A DNA stretch of 64,000 bases from Pirellulales bacterium (GTDB taxonomy: Bacteria > Planctomycetota > Planctomycetia > Pirellulales > UBA1268), in contig JBBAVV010000025.1 in assembly GCA_040397545.1 (NCBI GenBank), positions 366-64,365 on the forward strand. Direction: 5' to 3'. Of the stretch, positions 56,131 to 64,000 are shown piece after piece. The notes below the pieces were generated by a model. That model made no database searches. It was not told the DNA's origin and saw nothing but the letters and a program-made list of their open reading frames with translations. Within the stretch, counting starts at the first letter, position 1, and each line of letters begins with the position of its first letter. The position numbers were made by a program, and so were the translations under genes.

Positions 56131-58782
56131 GTGAAACTCCTGCTCAACCGCATCTTTTGGACGATCGCCGGATTCTTTCTCCGGCTCCGCTACCGCGTCA
56201 CGGTGGAGGGGGCCGAGCGCCTGGCGGCGGTCGAGGGCCCGACCCTCGTTCTCCCCAACCACCCCGCCTATATCGATCCGGCGCTGGTGCTCTCCCACCT
56301 CCGGCTCGGCAAGGCGCTGCGCCCCCTCGTCTTCAGCGGCGTCTACCGGCTCCTCCCGCTGCGGCCGCTGATGGCGCTGGTCGACGCCTTCGAGGTCCCC
56401 GACCTCTCCGCCCAGAGCCGCGACGCCCAGGCGAAGACCCTGGGGATGATCGAGGCCGTCGTCGAGCGGGTCGGCCGCGGCGACAGCTTTCTGATTTATC
56501 CCTCCGGGCGGCTGCAGCGTGGCAATGCCGAGGTGGTCGGTTCGGCTCGGGCCGTTCATGAGCTCCTCTCGCGCTGCCCCGATCTCAACGTCGTCCTCGT
56601 CCGGACCCGTGGCCTGTGGGGAAGCAGCTTCGGGTGCGCCGCCACCGGCGCCCTTCCGAGCCTCGTGCCGACGATTCTCGGGAATCTCGGCTGGGCCCTG
56701 GCGGCGCTGCTGGTCTTCCTGCCGCGGCGGAAGGTGACGATGGAGATCGAGGTGCTTCCGCGCGGAACGCTCCCCAAAAAGTCGCGCGAGGAGACGAATG
56801 CCTTTCTGGAGGGCTGGTACAACGTCGATGGCCCGCAGCAGCCGGCGTTCGTGCGCTTCAGCCATCTCTTCGGCCCGAGCACGGGGCACTACGCCGCCGG
56901 CGCCGCGCTCCCGGCGATCGATCCGGCCTCAATCGACCCGAAGACGATCCGGCTGGTCAACGAGCTCGTCCAGGGGCATCTCGGCCGCGAGCTCGATCCC
57001 AGCGAGCTCACCTTCGACACGACGCTCGAAGGAATCGGGATGGACAGCCTCGACCGGATGGATGCCACACTCAAGGTCGAGCAGCAATTCGGCTTCCACA
57101 ACGCCGCCGTTGTGAACACTCTCGGCGAGCTGTGGGCCCTCGCCGATGGCAAACTCGCCGGCGACAGCAAGGAAGAGCCGGTTGCGGTGCCGGTGGCCTG
57201 GTTCGCGCCGCCGCGCTCGAGCGCGCCGCCGGCGGTGCTTGCCGGGACCGTCGCGGAGGCGTTCGTGCGCCGGGCGCTCCTGGCCCCGACCGAGCCGGCC
57301 GTCGCCGATCGGATCTCCGGGGTGCTCCCGTCGCGCCGGCTCCTCGTCGGGGCGATGCTGATGGCCCGCCGGTTCGCAGCCTGGCCGGAGAAGCATGTCG
57401 GCGTGATGCTGCCGGCGAGCGTGGCTGCCGACATCGTCTTCTTCGCCCTCCACATGGCCGGCAAGACGCCCGTGATGATGAACTGGACGACCGGCCCGTC
57501 GAATCTCGCCCATGGCGTCAAGGTGACCGGCACGCGGCGGATCATCACCGCAAAGAAGCTCGTTGACCGGCTCGGCATCGAAGTGCCCGGGGCGGACTAC
57601 GAATACCTCGAGACGATCCGCGGCGGGATCGGGAAGGGAGAGCAGCTCTCGACGCTCCTCGGCACGATGCTCAATTCCGCCGGCATCCTCCGCGGCCTCC
57701 CGAGGCAGGATCCCGACGAGCCGGCGGTGTTTCTCTTCACGTCGGGATCGGAGAGCACGCCGAAGACGGTTCCCCTCTCGCACACCAACGTGATCACGAA
57801 CATCACCGACTCCCTCGAAGTCCTCGAGATGACGGAGGCCGATTCGCTCCTCGGTTTCCTCCCGCCGTTTCACAGCTTCGGGCTCACCGGCAACGTCCTC
57901 CTTCCCCATCTCACCGGTATCCGCACCGTCCGCCACGCCGATCCGACCGATGCCCGGGGGCTCGTGCAGACGATCCGGGCCTACCGGCCGACGATGCTGT
58001 TCACGACGCCGACGTTCCTTTCCTACATCCTCTCGGTAAGCAAGGAGGGGGACCTGAAGAGCCTGCGGCGGATCATCGCCGGGGCCGAGAAGTGCCCCGA
58101 TGCGGTCTTCGAGCGCACTGCGGCCCTCGCTCCGGAGGCCGTGATCCTCGAGGGCTACGGGATCACGGAATGCTCCCCCGTGCTCGCGGCCAACCGGGTC
58201 GCCGATCGGCGCCGTGGCTGCATCGGCCGGCCCGTGAAGCATGTCGCCATCCGCGTCGTCGATGTCGAGACCGGAGAGCCGGTGGCGGCGGGGGAGACCG
58301 GAATGCTCCTGGCATCGGGGCCGTCGATCTTCTCCGGATATCTCAACCACGACGGCCCCTCGCCGTTTGTGGAGATGGAGGGGAGGCAGTGGTATCGGAC
58401 CGGCGATCTCGTCGTCGCCGACGCCGACAACTGGCTCACCTTCAAGGGACGGCTGAAGCGGTTTCTCAAGGCGGGCGGGGAGATGATCTCGTTGCCGGCG
58501 CTCGAGGAGCCATTCGCGAAGCGCTACCCCGCTGACGAGACCGGCCCGAAGGTGGCGGTGGAGGGGATCGAGACGCCGGGGGGGCGGCAGATCGCGCTGT
58601 TCACCACCTTTCCGCTCACCCTCCGGGAGGCGAGCCAGATCCTCCTCGAGGATGGCTTGCGCGGGGTGATGCGCCTCGACGAGGTTCGTCAGCTCGAGAC
58701 CATCCCCGTCCTGGGGACGGGAAAGACCGACTACAAGGAGCTGCGGCGGATGGTGACGGAGGGGCAACCGCCCGAGCGGTGA
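56131..58782 (+). CDS. Tri-domain Aas-like enzyme: PlsC-type acyltransferase, carrier-protein domain, acyl-AMP/ACP ligase
   Basis: GTG start with the RBS AAGGGAGGTG upstream. It has the acyltransferase box LPNHPAYIDP, the phosphopantetheine-site context GIGMDSLDRMD, and the AMP-binding motifs FTSGSESTPK, GYGITE and TGD. Confidence 0.8.
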   Translation: MKLLLNRIFWTIAGFFLRLRYRVTVEGAERLAAVEGPTLVLPNHPAYIDPALVLSHLRLGKALRPLVFSGVYRLLPLRPLMALVDAFEVPDLSAQSRDAQAKTLGMIEAVVERVGRGDSFLIYPSGRLQRGNAEVVGSARAVHELLSRCPDLNVVLVRTRGLWGSSFGCAATGALPSLVPTILGNLGWALAALLVFLPRRKVTMEIEVLPRGTLPKKSREETNAFLEGWYNVDGPQQPAFVRFSHLFGPSTGHYAAGAALPAIDPASIDPKTIRLVNELVQGHLGRELDPSELTFDTTLEGIGMDSLDRMDATLKVEQQFGFHNAAVVNTLGELWALADGKLAGDSKEEPVAVPVAWFAPPRSSAPPAVLAGTVAEAFVRRALLAPTEPAVADRISGVLPSRRLLVGAMLMARRFAAWPEKHVGVMLPASVAADIVFFALHMAGKTPVMMNWTTGPSNLAHGVKVTGTRRIITAKKLVDRLGIEVPGADYEYLETIRGGIGKGEQLSTLLGTMLNSAGILRGLPRQDPDEPAVFLFTSGSESTPKTVPLSHTNVITNITDSLEVLEMTEADSLLGFLPPFHSFGLTGNVLLPHLTGIRTVRHADPTDARGLVQTIRAYRPTMLFTTPTFLSYILSVSKEGDLKSLRRIIAGAEKCPDAVFERTAALAPEAVILEGYGITECSPVLAANRVADRRRGCIGRPVKHVAIRVVDVETGEPVAAGETGMLLASGPSIFSGYLNHDGPSPFVEMEGRQWYRTGDLVVADADNWLTFKGRLKRFLKAGGEMISLPALEEPFAKRYPADETGPKVAVEGIETPGGRQIALFTTFPLTLREASQILLEDGLRGVMRLDEVRQLETIPVLGTGKTDYKELRRMVTEGQPPER

Positions 58783-58879
58783 CTCGCGTGACGCATTGGG
58801 GTGCGGAGATCGCGGCTGCGCTGCGATCCGGGACATCGCGACCACAGTCGTATCGTGCGCTGTCGTGCCCCAGCGGGGT

Positions 58880-59503
58880 TCAAGGCCGCCGTTCGCGTCC
58901 AGCGTCGCTGGGCCCTGGCAGCGGCACGCCGGCATAGATTTCCGCGAGCGTTACCGCGACGCCGAGGGAATCGAACCCAATCGTGCCGGCGGGGTCGCTG
59001 AAAGCGCTGAGCAGCCAAGGATGGGTGCCCGCGGCAGCCCCGCTGGCCGGTTGCCGCGAGAACAGCTCCGCGGAAATCCGGTCCTGGGAGACCACGAGAT
59101 ACTCCTCAACGCTGTCGAGGCGGCGATAGTGACCGAACTTCGCTCCGCGATCGTATTTCTCGGTCGAGTCGGAAAGGACCTCGACGATCAGTCGGGGGTT
59201 GACGAGCGTGTGGTGGACGGCATCCTCGAACACCGGCGGCTCACAGAAGACGACGACGTCGGGATAGGTGTAGAGCCCGGTGGCATCGACCTTCACCCGC
59301 TGGTCACTCGTGATGACGTAACACTCCCGCCCTTCCAGACGCTTTCGGATGGCGTGGGCGAGGTTGTCCTTGATGAGGTTGTGCCACAGGGTGCCGCCCC
59401 CCATGGCAAACAGTTCCCCTTCGAAGTATTCATGCCGCAGCTCGTCGCGGGCCTCGATGGCGAGGTATTCAGCAGCGGTGAGGCGTTTCGGCGAGGTCGA
59501 CAT
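58880..59503 (-). CDS. Uma2-family (DUF820) putative endonuclease
   Basis: 207 aa. It has YEGELFAMGGG.., PDVVVF.. and IVEVLSDSTEKYDRGAKFGHY, the typical PD-(D/E)xK-like core. Confidence 0.8.
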   Translation of the reverse strand: MSTSPKRLTAAEYLAIEARDELRHEYFEGELFAMGGGTLWHNLIKDNLAHAIRKRLEGRECYVITSDQRVKVDATGLYTYPDVVVFCEPPVFEDAVHHTLVNPRLIVEVLSDSTEKYDRGAKFGHYRRLDSVEEYLVVSQDRISAELFSRQPASGAAAGTHPWLLSAFSDPAGTIGFDSLGVAVTLAEIYAGVPLPGPSDAGRERRP

Positions 59504-59597
59504 ACCGTTTACGATAGACGGCGTTCCTGGGGCCGGTCAACAATCCACTGGACGAGGGGCGTCGTTCAATCGCCCGGAGGTCACCGGAGTCGAAATC

Positions 59598-59870
59598 ATG
59601 CGTGCGGCCCGTCCCCTCGTCTTCGGCCTGATGATGGTGGCGATGGTCGCTGGCTCCGTGTGGATGAAACTGCAGGGAGGGCCCAATGGCGGCGGCGAGG
59701 CGTGGCTCGTCCCGGTCGGCCTCCTTGGGGGCCTGTACGCGATCCTCGTCGTGGTCGACGTCGTCGTCCATGCCTGGAAGGGGGAGGGGCAGGCGTGCCG
59801 GGCCTGTGGTCATCGTCGTCCCGTCAGGTCATTCTGCTTCGCCGGCCCCTGTCCGCAGTGCGGCGAGTGA
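59598..59870 (+). CDS. Small membrane protein with a C-terminal zinc-ribbon (CxxC..CxxC)
   Basis: Starts at ATG 59598. It has two hydrophobic helices followed by CRACGHRRPVRSFCFAGPCPQCGE. Confidence 0.5.
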   Translation: MRAARPLVFGLMMVAMVAGSVWMKLQGGPNGGGEAWLVPVGLLGGLYAILVVVDVVVHAWKGEGQACRACGHRRPVRSFCFAGPCPQCGE

Positions 59871-59919
59871 TCCTGCTTCGAAGTCCGTCCTTTGCCCCAC
59901 TCATCCCGGGAATGCCAGC

Positions 59920-60291
59920 ATGTTTCAGCCAGCCGTGCCGATCCTTCGCAGCTTCGACGAGAAGAAGGCGAAGGAGTTTTACGTCGACTTCCTCGGCTTC
60001 ACCGTCGACTTCGAGCATCGTTTCGAGCCGGGCATGCCGCTGTACATGGGGATCTCACAGGGTGACTGCCGGATCCATCTCTCCGAGCATTTCGGTGACT
60101 GCGCACCGGGGGCGCGAGTGCGGATCGAGGTGGCGGATGTCCGTGCCCTGTGCGCAACGCTCAACGCGAAGGGCTACGGGAATGCCCGTCCCGGCTGGCA
60201 GGATCAGGATTGGGGCTCCTGCGAAATGACGATCCACGATCCGTTTGCCAACCGGCTCACGTTCTGGACGCCATCTTCCCCGGACGTCTGA
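59920..60291 (+). CDS. Glyoxalase/bleomycin-resistance (VOC) superfamily protein
   Basis: Starts at ATG 59920. MFQPAVPILRSFDEKKAKEFYVDFLGFTVDFEHRF..CRIHLSEHFGD is typical of bleomycin-binding-like VOC proteins. Confidence 0.75.
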   Translation: MFQPAVPILRSFDEKKAKEFYVDFLGFTVDFEHRFEPGMPLYMGISQGDCRIHLSEHFGDCAPGARVRIEVADVRALCATLNAKGYGNARPGWQDQDWGSCEMTIHDPFANRLTFWTPSSPDV

Positions 60292-60314
60292 CCCTCCTGG
60301 GGGTGGCCGCCGGC

Positions 60315-62540
60315 TCACTCCGCCCGGAACACCACCCACGACATTCCCCCAGCGGGGATCGTGAGCGTCACCTCGGCGCGGCTGAAGCGATCGAGCGGCA
60401 CGCGTTCGGCTTCCGCGCCGCCGTGGCTTGCCAGGCACGAGCCTTCGAGACCGGCGTAATAGAGTGGCACAGGGACCGTCCGCTCGATCGGCTCATCGAG
60501 CGGATTAAAGACGGCGAGCAACGCGCGCTTCTCGAGCCGCGGATTGACATGGAGCATGCCGTCCCAGTCGCGGCCGTCGGCACGCCGCAGGTGGAGGACG
60601 TCGCTTTCGAGGATGTCGCGGTGGGCCTTGTACCAGGCGACCTGCCCCCGGACCATCTCGCGCGTCGCGTCGGTGTCGTAGAGCCGCGGGCCGCGGTAGC
60701 AGGCCTGCACCCCGAGGGCGAGGTTTGATTCCATCATCCGCCGGTAGTGGTCGAGATGCTCGGCGAGCGGCTCGATCGTCGCCGCAGCGCCGCCGCCGTG
60801 GTATTCCGCCAGCGGCACGAACATCCATCCCATTGATGGCGTCCGCTCCCAGGTGCCGTCGAAAATGTTCTGGCGGGTGTGGATCACCTGCTCTGCCCGG
60901 GGAAGCGACCAGTTCGTCTCCCGGTAGCCCATCCCGCATTTGTTCGAGCCGGCGAGGAAGTAGTGATCGGGGACGTTGAGATAGACGCCGTGCTCCCGGC
61001 ACCATCGATACCAATCGCGGATGATCCGCCACTGCGCCCACTGCGAGTCGTCGAGGCCGCGCTGGAGCGGCGGCCGGGGCGTGACGTCCCAATCGCCGGG
61101 ATAGGAGCCGTCGTGTTCGAGGACGGTGAATCCGGTCGTGTCGTAGAGCTTCTCGAGCTTGCGGAAGTAGTCGAGGCCCCACGCACTCGTCAGGGCCGGG
61201 GCGTGGCCGAAGGTCGTCTTCTCGCCGGGGGCGGGAACGACGTCGTTCCCGCTGCCGATCTGCCGGCTCGAGAGAAGGGAATAGGCGCCGAGATCGACGC
61301 CGCGCGTGCGGGCGTGGTCGGCGAGGGCCTTGAAGCGGGCGAGATGCTCTGGGAGCTCGTTCTCGGCATCGAAGCCGGAGCCGAAGGAGAGGATCACCAT
61401 CTCGAAGCCGACCTCCGCCGCCTGATCGATCGCCCGGCGCACCGCCTCGGGGCGGGAGTCAAGGAGGTGGTGCATGAGCGGGTTTTCCGTCGCCCACGGC
61501 GCCAAGGTGCGCTTGAATCTCCGCACGGCCAGCCCGCGTCGCTCCCGGTCGGTGGAATCTTGGACGAGGACGAAGGCCCTGAAGCTCTCGAACGAGTTCC
61601 CCGGTGCTACCTCCTGGGCCGGCCCGCGGAACGGGCCCACCTCGAGGAGGCAGGGCATCTTCTTCTCGTAATTGACCTGCGTGCCGTACGCCGGGTCTTC
61701 CCTCCAGCGGACGGCATGGCGGCAGGCATGTTCGTGGCCGAAGCCGCCGAAGGCCTGATCGGTCTCGATATGGAGCGCGTCGGGATGGGGGAGGTTGACC
61801 CCCGGCGCGTCGTCGACCGGATTGGAGGGCTCGACGATCGCGAGGTGTTCGGCGGTGAAGCGGTCGACGGTGAGCGGCTTGTCCGAACGATTCGTGACGA
61901 CGATCCACTTCGAGAACGCGGGCAGGCCGTCGTAGAGCTCGTAGTGGACGCTGACGGTGAAGGGAGGATCGTCACCCGCGGGGGCGAAGTCGAGGCGGGC
62001 CGACACCCCCGGCGGCGGCCAGGCGGCAGCGGGAGCGTGATGACGCGAGCGCTTCCAGGGGAACCGCTCGACCGTGACGCCGGTCTCGATCCCAGTGAGT
62101 CGGAGGGCCTCCCGATCGGCCGACATCGCGGCGAGCCAGGCCGAAAGGAGGAACGCCCGGTTCGGCTGGCCGACGAGCCCGCCGATCCGATGCTCGGTGC
62201 CGTCGATCGTCACCAGCGCCTCGGGGCCTACGGCGCGGAGGAGACTGCGGTCGCTGGCGAGGTCGTCGAGGGCGATGGTGGCGCAGCCGTCCTCGAGGCG
62301 GAGGACACGGCGAACGAGACCATTGTCGAGCGTGAGCGTGGCCCCGTCGGCCGATCGATCGGCCCGCGCCTTGAAGGGCGCCGGATCGAGATGCCAGTCG
62401 ACCCTGCCGATCGCCGGTCCCGGGGGAGCGCTTCGAGTGCTCTGAGCATTCCCGGTCTCAGGCAAGCCGATTGCGGCGACCATGGCGCACGCTATCGCCA
62501 CGCCCGGCAGGCGCGCCCGGTGGTCCGGCGGGTGAATCAT
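60315..62540 (-). CDS. Secreted TIM-barrel glycoside-hydrolase-like protein (alpha-galactosidase-like); function uncertain
   Basis: Start at ATG 62540 with a signal peptide. The central region FEMVILSFGSGF..LGAYSLL..VLEHDGSYPGD looks like a glycosidase barrel to me, but I cannot place the family. Confidence 0.6.
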   Translation of the reverse strand: MIHPPDHRARLPGVAIACAMVAAIGLPETGNAQSTRSAPPGPAIGRVDWHLDPAPFKARADRSADGATLTLDNGLVRRVLRLEDGCATIALDDLASDRSLLRAVGPEALVTIDGTEHRIGGLVGQPNRAFLLSAWLAAMSADREALRLTGIETGVTVERFPWKRSRHHAPAAAWPPPGVSARLDFAPAGDDPPFTVSVHYELYDGLPAFSKWIVVTNRSDKPLTVDRFTAEHLAIVEPSNPVDDAPGVNLPHPDALHIETDQAFGGFGHEHACRHAVRWREDPAYGTQVNYEKKMPCLLEVGPFRGPAQEVAPGNSFESFRAFVLVQDSTDRERRGLAVRRFKRTLAPWATENPLMHHLLDSRPEAVRRAIDQAAEVGFEMVILSFGSGFDAENELPEHLARFKALADHARTRGVDLGAYSLLSSRQIGSGNDVVPAPGEKTTFGHAPALTSAWGLDYFRKLEKLYDTTGFTVLEHDGSYPGDWDVTPRPPLQRGLDDSQWAQWRIIRDWYRWCREHGVYLNVPDHYFLAGSNKCGMGYRETNWSLPRAEQVIHTRQNIFDGTWERTPSMGWMFVPLAEYHGGGAAATIEPLAEHLDHYRRMMESNLALGVQACYRGPRLYDTDATREMVRGQVAWYKAHRDILESDVLHLRRADGRDWDGMLHVNPRLEKRALLAVFNPLDEPIERTVPVPLYYAGLEGSCLASHGGAEAERVPLDRFSRAEVTLTIPAGGMSWVVFRAE

Positions 62541-62596
62541 GGGGGCCTCCAGGAGGGATGAACGGGAGGGGTGACGGCCCCGTGGTCGACGGATTT

Positions 62597-64000
62597 TCAG
62601 GCGATCCGGTCGAACTCCCAACCCTTGCGATATTCGCGAGTGAGGAACTTCTCCGCCTCGGGGGCGTTGGGGATCTTCATCGCCGCGGCGTTCCACTCCA
62701 GCTTTTTCCCGGAGCGGTAGGCAACGTTGCCGAGATGGTTGGCCTCGGTGAGCGGCCCCGAATAGCTGAACGGGCAGGTCGTCGGGGCGCCGGTTTTGCA
62801 GGCATGGAGCCACTCGGCGTGATGGCCGAGCGATGGCGGGATCGATTCGGCCGGCCGCTTGAAATCGCGGACGTCGGGGCCGAAGAGGAGGAGATGCCGG
62901 CCGTAGTCGGCCAGGAGGCTCCCCTGCGTGCCGAGAAACAAGCAGCCCGAATCCCAGCGCGGGATCGCGGCCTCCTCCCACAGCTGTGGCTTGTCTTTCC
63001 CCTGATACCAGCTGAGCGAGAGGGGGGCACGGTCGCCGCGGGCGCCGTACGTGTACGTCACGTGCATCGAGGCCGGGGCGAGCTCCGGATGGGGCGGGGG
63101 CCCGAAGGCCTCGACCGTCTTCGGGGCATCGAGATCGAGTGCCCAGAAGGGGAGATCGATCCAGTGGCTCCCCAGATCGGACATCGTGCCGCTGCCGAAA
63201 TCCCACCACCGATACCATTTCGGCCCCGGCCAGTAGACCTCATGGAAGGGGCGCTCTCGGGCGGGGCCGAGCCACAAATCCCAGTCGAGCCCATCGGGAA
63301 TCGGCGTCGAGCCGACGGGGCGATCCTGGACGGCGACGATGTCGCCATACTTCTTCGCATCCTCGGGCGACTGCAGCCCCCACGCCCGGCCGACCCAGCA
63401 GTGGACGTCGGTGACCTTCCCGATCGCCCCCCCCTTCACGAGCTCGACAACGCGCCGGTAATTGGCGTCGGCATGGATCTGCGTCCCCATCTGCGTGGCG
63501 ACGCCGGCCTGCTTGGCCGCCTCGGTGACGACGCGCGCCTCGCGGACGTTGTGCGTCAGCGGCTTCTCGCAGTAGACGTGCTTCTTCTCGCGGAGAGCCG
63601 GGAGGGTCGCGAAGGCGTGGGTATGCTCGGTGGTGCTGACGACGACCGCGTCGTACTCGGAAGGCTTGAGCGCCTCGTAGAGCCGGCGATAGTCGCCGAA
63701 GCCCTTGGCGCCGGGCGCTTTGCCGAGGGCCCCGGCGAGCGTCTTGGCGTTGACGTCACATACGGCCACCACCTGCTCGCCGAGGACGGCGTCGAGGTTG
63801 CCGCCGCCACGGCCGCCGCAACCGATCACCGCCATCCGCAGCTTCTCCGCCCGGTTCTCGGCGCGAACGATTGTGGGCAAGCTGAAGACCGTGCTGGCGG
63901 CGATCGACGAGCCGAGGAACGTCCGCCGGCTCGCGCGGCCAGTCGCGCGGGGGGCGTCGGCGGCGGTGCTGGTCGCGATGGTCGGAAGGTCGAAAAAACG
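62597..64000 (-). CDS. Tat-exported Gfo/Idh/MocA-family oxidoreductase, 5'-partial (runs off the window)
   Basis: It is a paralogue of 24672..26144 ([33 protein letters not shown]). The frame stays open from 63881 to 64000 and reads ..[17 protein letters not shown], a twin-arginine signal. The start therefore lies beyond the window. Confidence 0.85.
   Translation of the reverse strand, partial: RFFDLPTIATSTAADAPRATGRASRRTFLGSSIAASTVFSLPTIVRAENRAEKLRMAVIGCGGRGGGNLDAVLGEQVVAVCDVNAKTLAGALGKAPGAKGFGDYRRLYEALKPSEYDAVVVSTTEHTHAFATLPALREKKHVYCEKPLTHNVREARVVTEAAKQAGVATQMGTQIHADANYRRVVELVKGGAIGKVTDVHCWVGRAWGLQSPEDAKKYGDIVAVQDRPVGSTPIPDGLDWDLWLGPARERPFHEVYWPGPKWYRWWDFGSGTMSDLGSHWIDLPFWALDLDAPKTVEAFGPPPHPELAPASMHVTYTYGARGDRAPLSLSWYQGKDKPQLWEEAAIPRWDSGCLFLGTQGSLLADYGRHLLLFGPDVRDFKRPAESIPPSLGHHAEWLHACKTGAPTTCPFSYSGPLTEANHLGNVAYRSGKKLEWNAAAMKIPNAPEAEKFLTREYRKGWEFDRIA

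Noticed and set aside
788-58935. Very long ORFs antisense to or overlapping the called genes, for example 788..3070(-), 2895..5591(-), 9367..12003(+), 17677..20016(-), 29181..31736(-), 46539..48605(+) and 56929..58935(-).
   Set aside because: Their products are Arg/Pro/Gly-rich low-complexity strings without motifs. Each lies opposite a gene with clear family signatures. This is typical shadow-ORF behaviour in high-G+C DNA.
59349-59597. The upstream part of ORF 59349..59870, overlapping the Uma2 gene on the other strand.
   Set aside because: The membrane/zinc-ribbon part begins at ATG 59598. The upstream part is antisense to a well-supported gene.

Overview
This is a 64-kb chromosomal segment with high G+C. 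Most 60-nt lines I hand-counted are above 65% G+C. Gene content points to Planctomycetota: a DUF1559 prepilin-like protein, a PVC-type CxxCH heme-binding protein, Tat-exported Gfo/Idh/MocA plus DUF1080 pairs, a Rhodopirellula/Verrucomicrobium-style ECF sigma with a FecR anti-sigma, and an LESRRFL N-terminal motif. I call about 50 protein genes. I saw no rRNA, tRNA or CRISPR array. Core content includes a 5'-partial L-serine dehydratase, a SpoU methyltransferase, a DEAD-box helicase, and a Weimberg-type pentonate cluster (xylonate dehydratase, FAH-family dehydratase, semialdehyde dehydrogenase, MFS). It also includes pncA-pncB, a Na+/H+ antiporter, and a long minus-strand cluster (ABC-2 exporter, amidase, large hypothetical, MSOX-type oxidase, S9 peptidase). 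Two accessory stretches stand out. The first (about 4.7-9.4 kb) holds a nucleotidyltransferase pseudogene, a DUF4143 ATPase, a PEP-CTERM metalloprotease and a decayed PIN cassette. The second (about 41-46.5 kb) is lower in G+C and holds a CPBP-HEAT protease, a secreted G/S/P-rich protein, an IS256-family transposase stub and an osmoprotectant ABC transporter. The most interesting signal is structural. At three separate loci an accessory segment sits between a gene's working 3' end and an orphan copy of that same 3' end, and no recombinase remains. I found no clearly novel multi-gene system. All family assignments were made by eye from motifs, and no searches were run.
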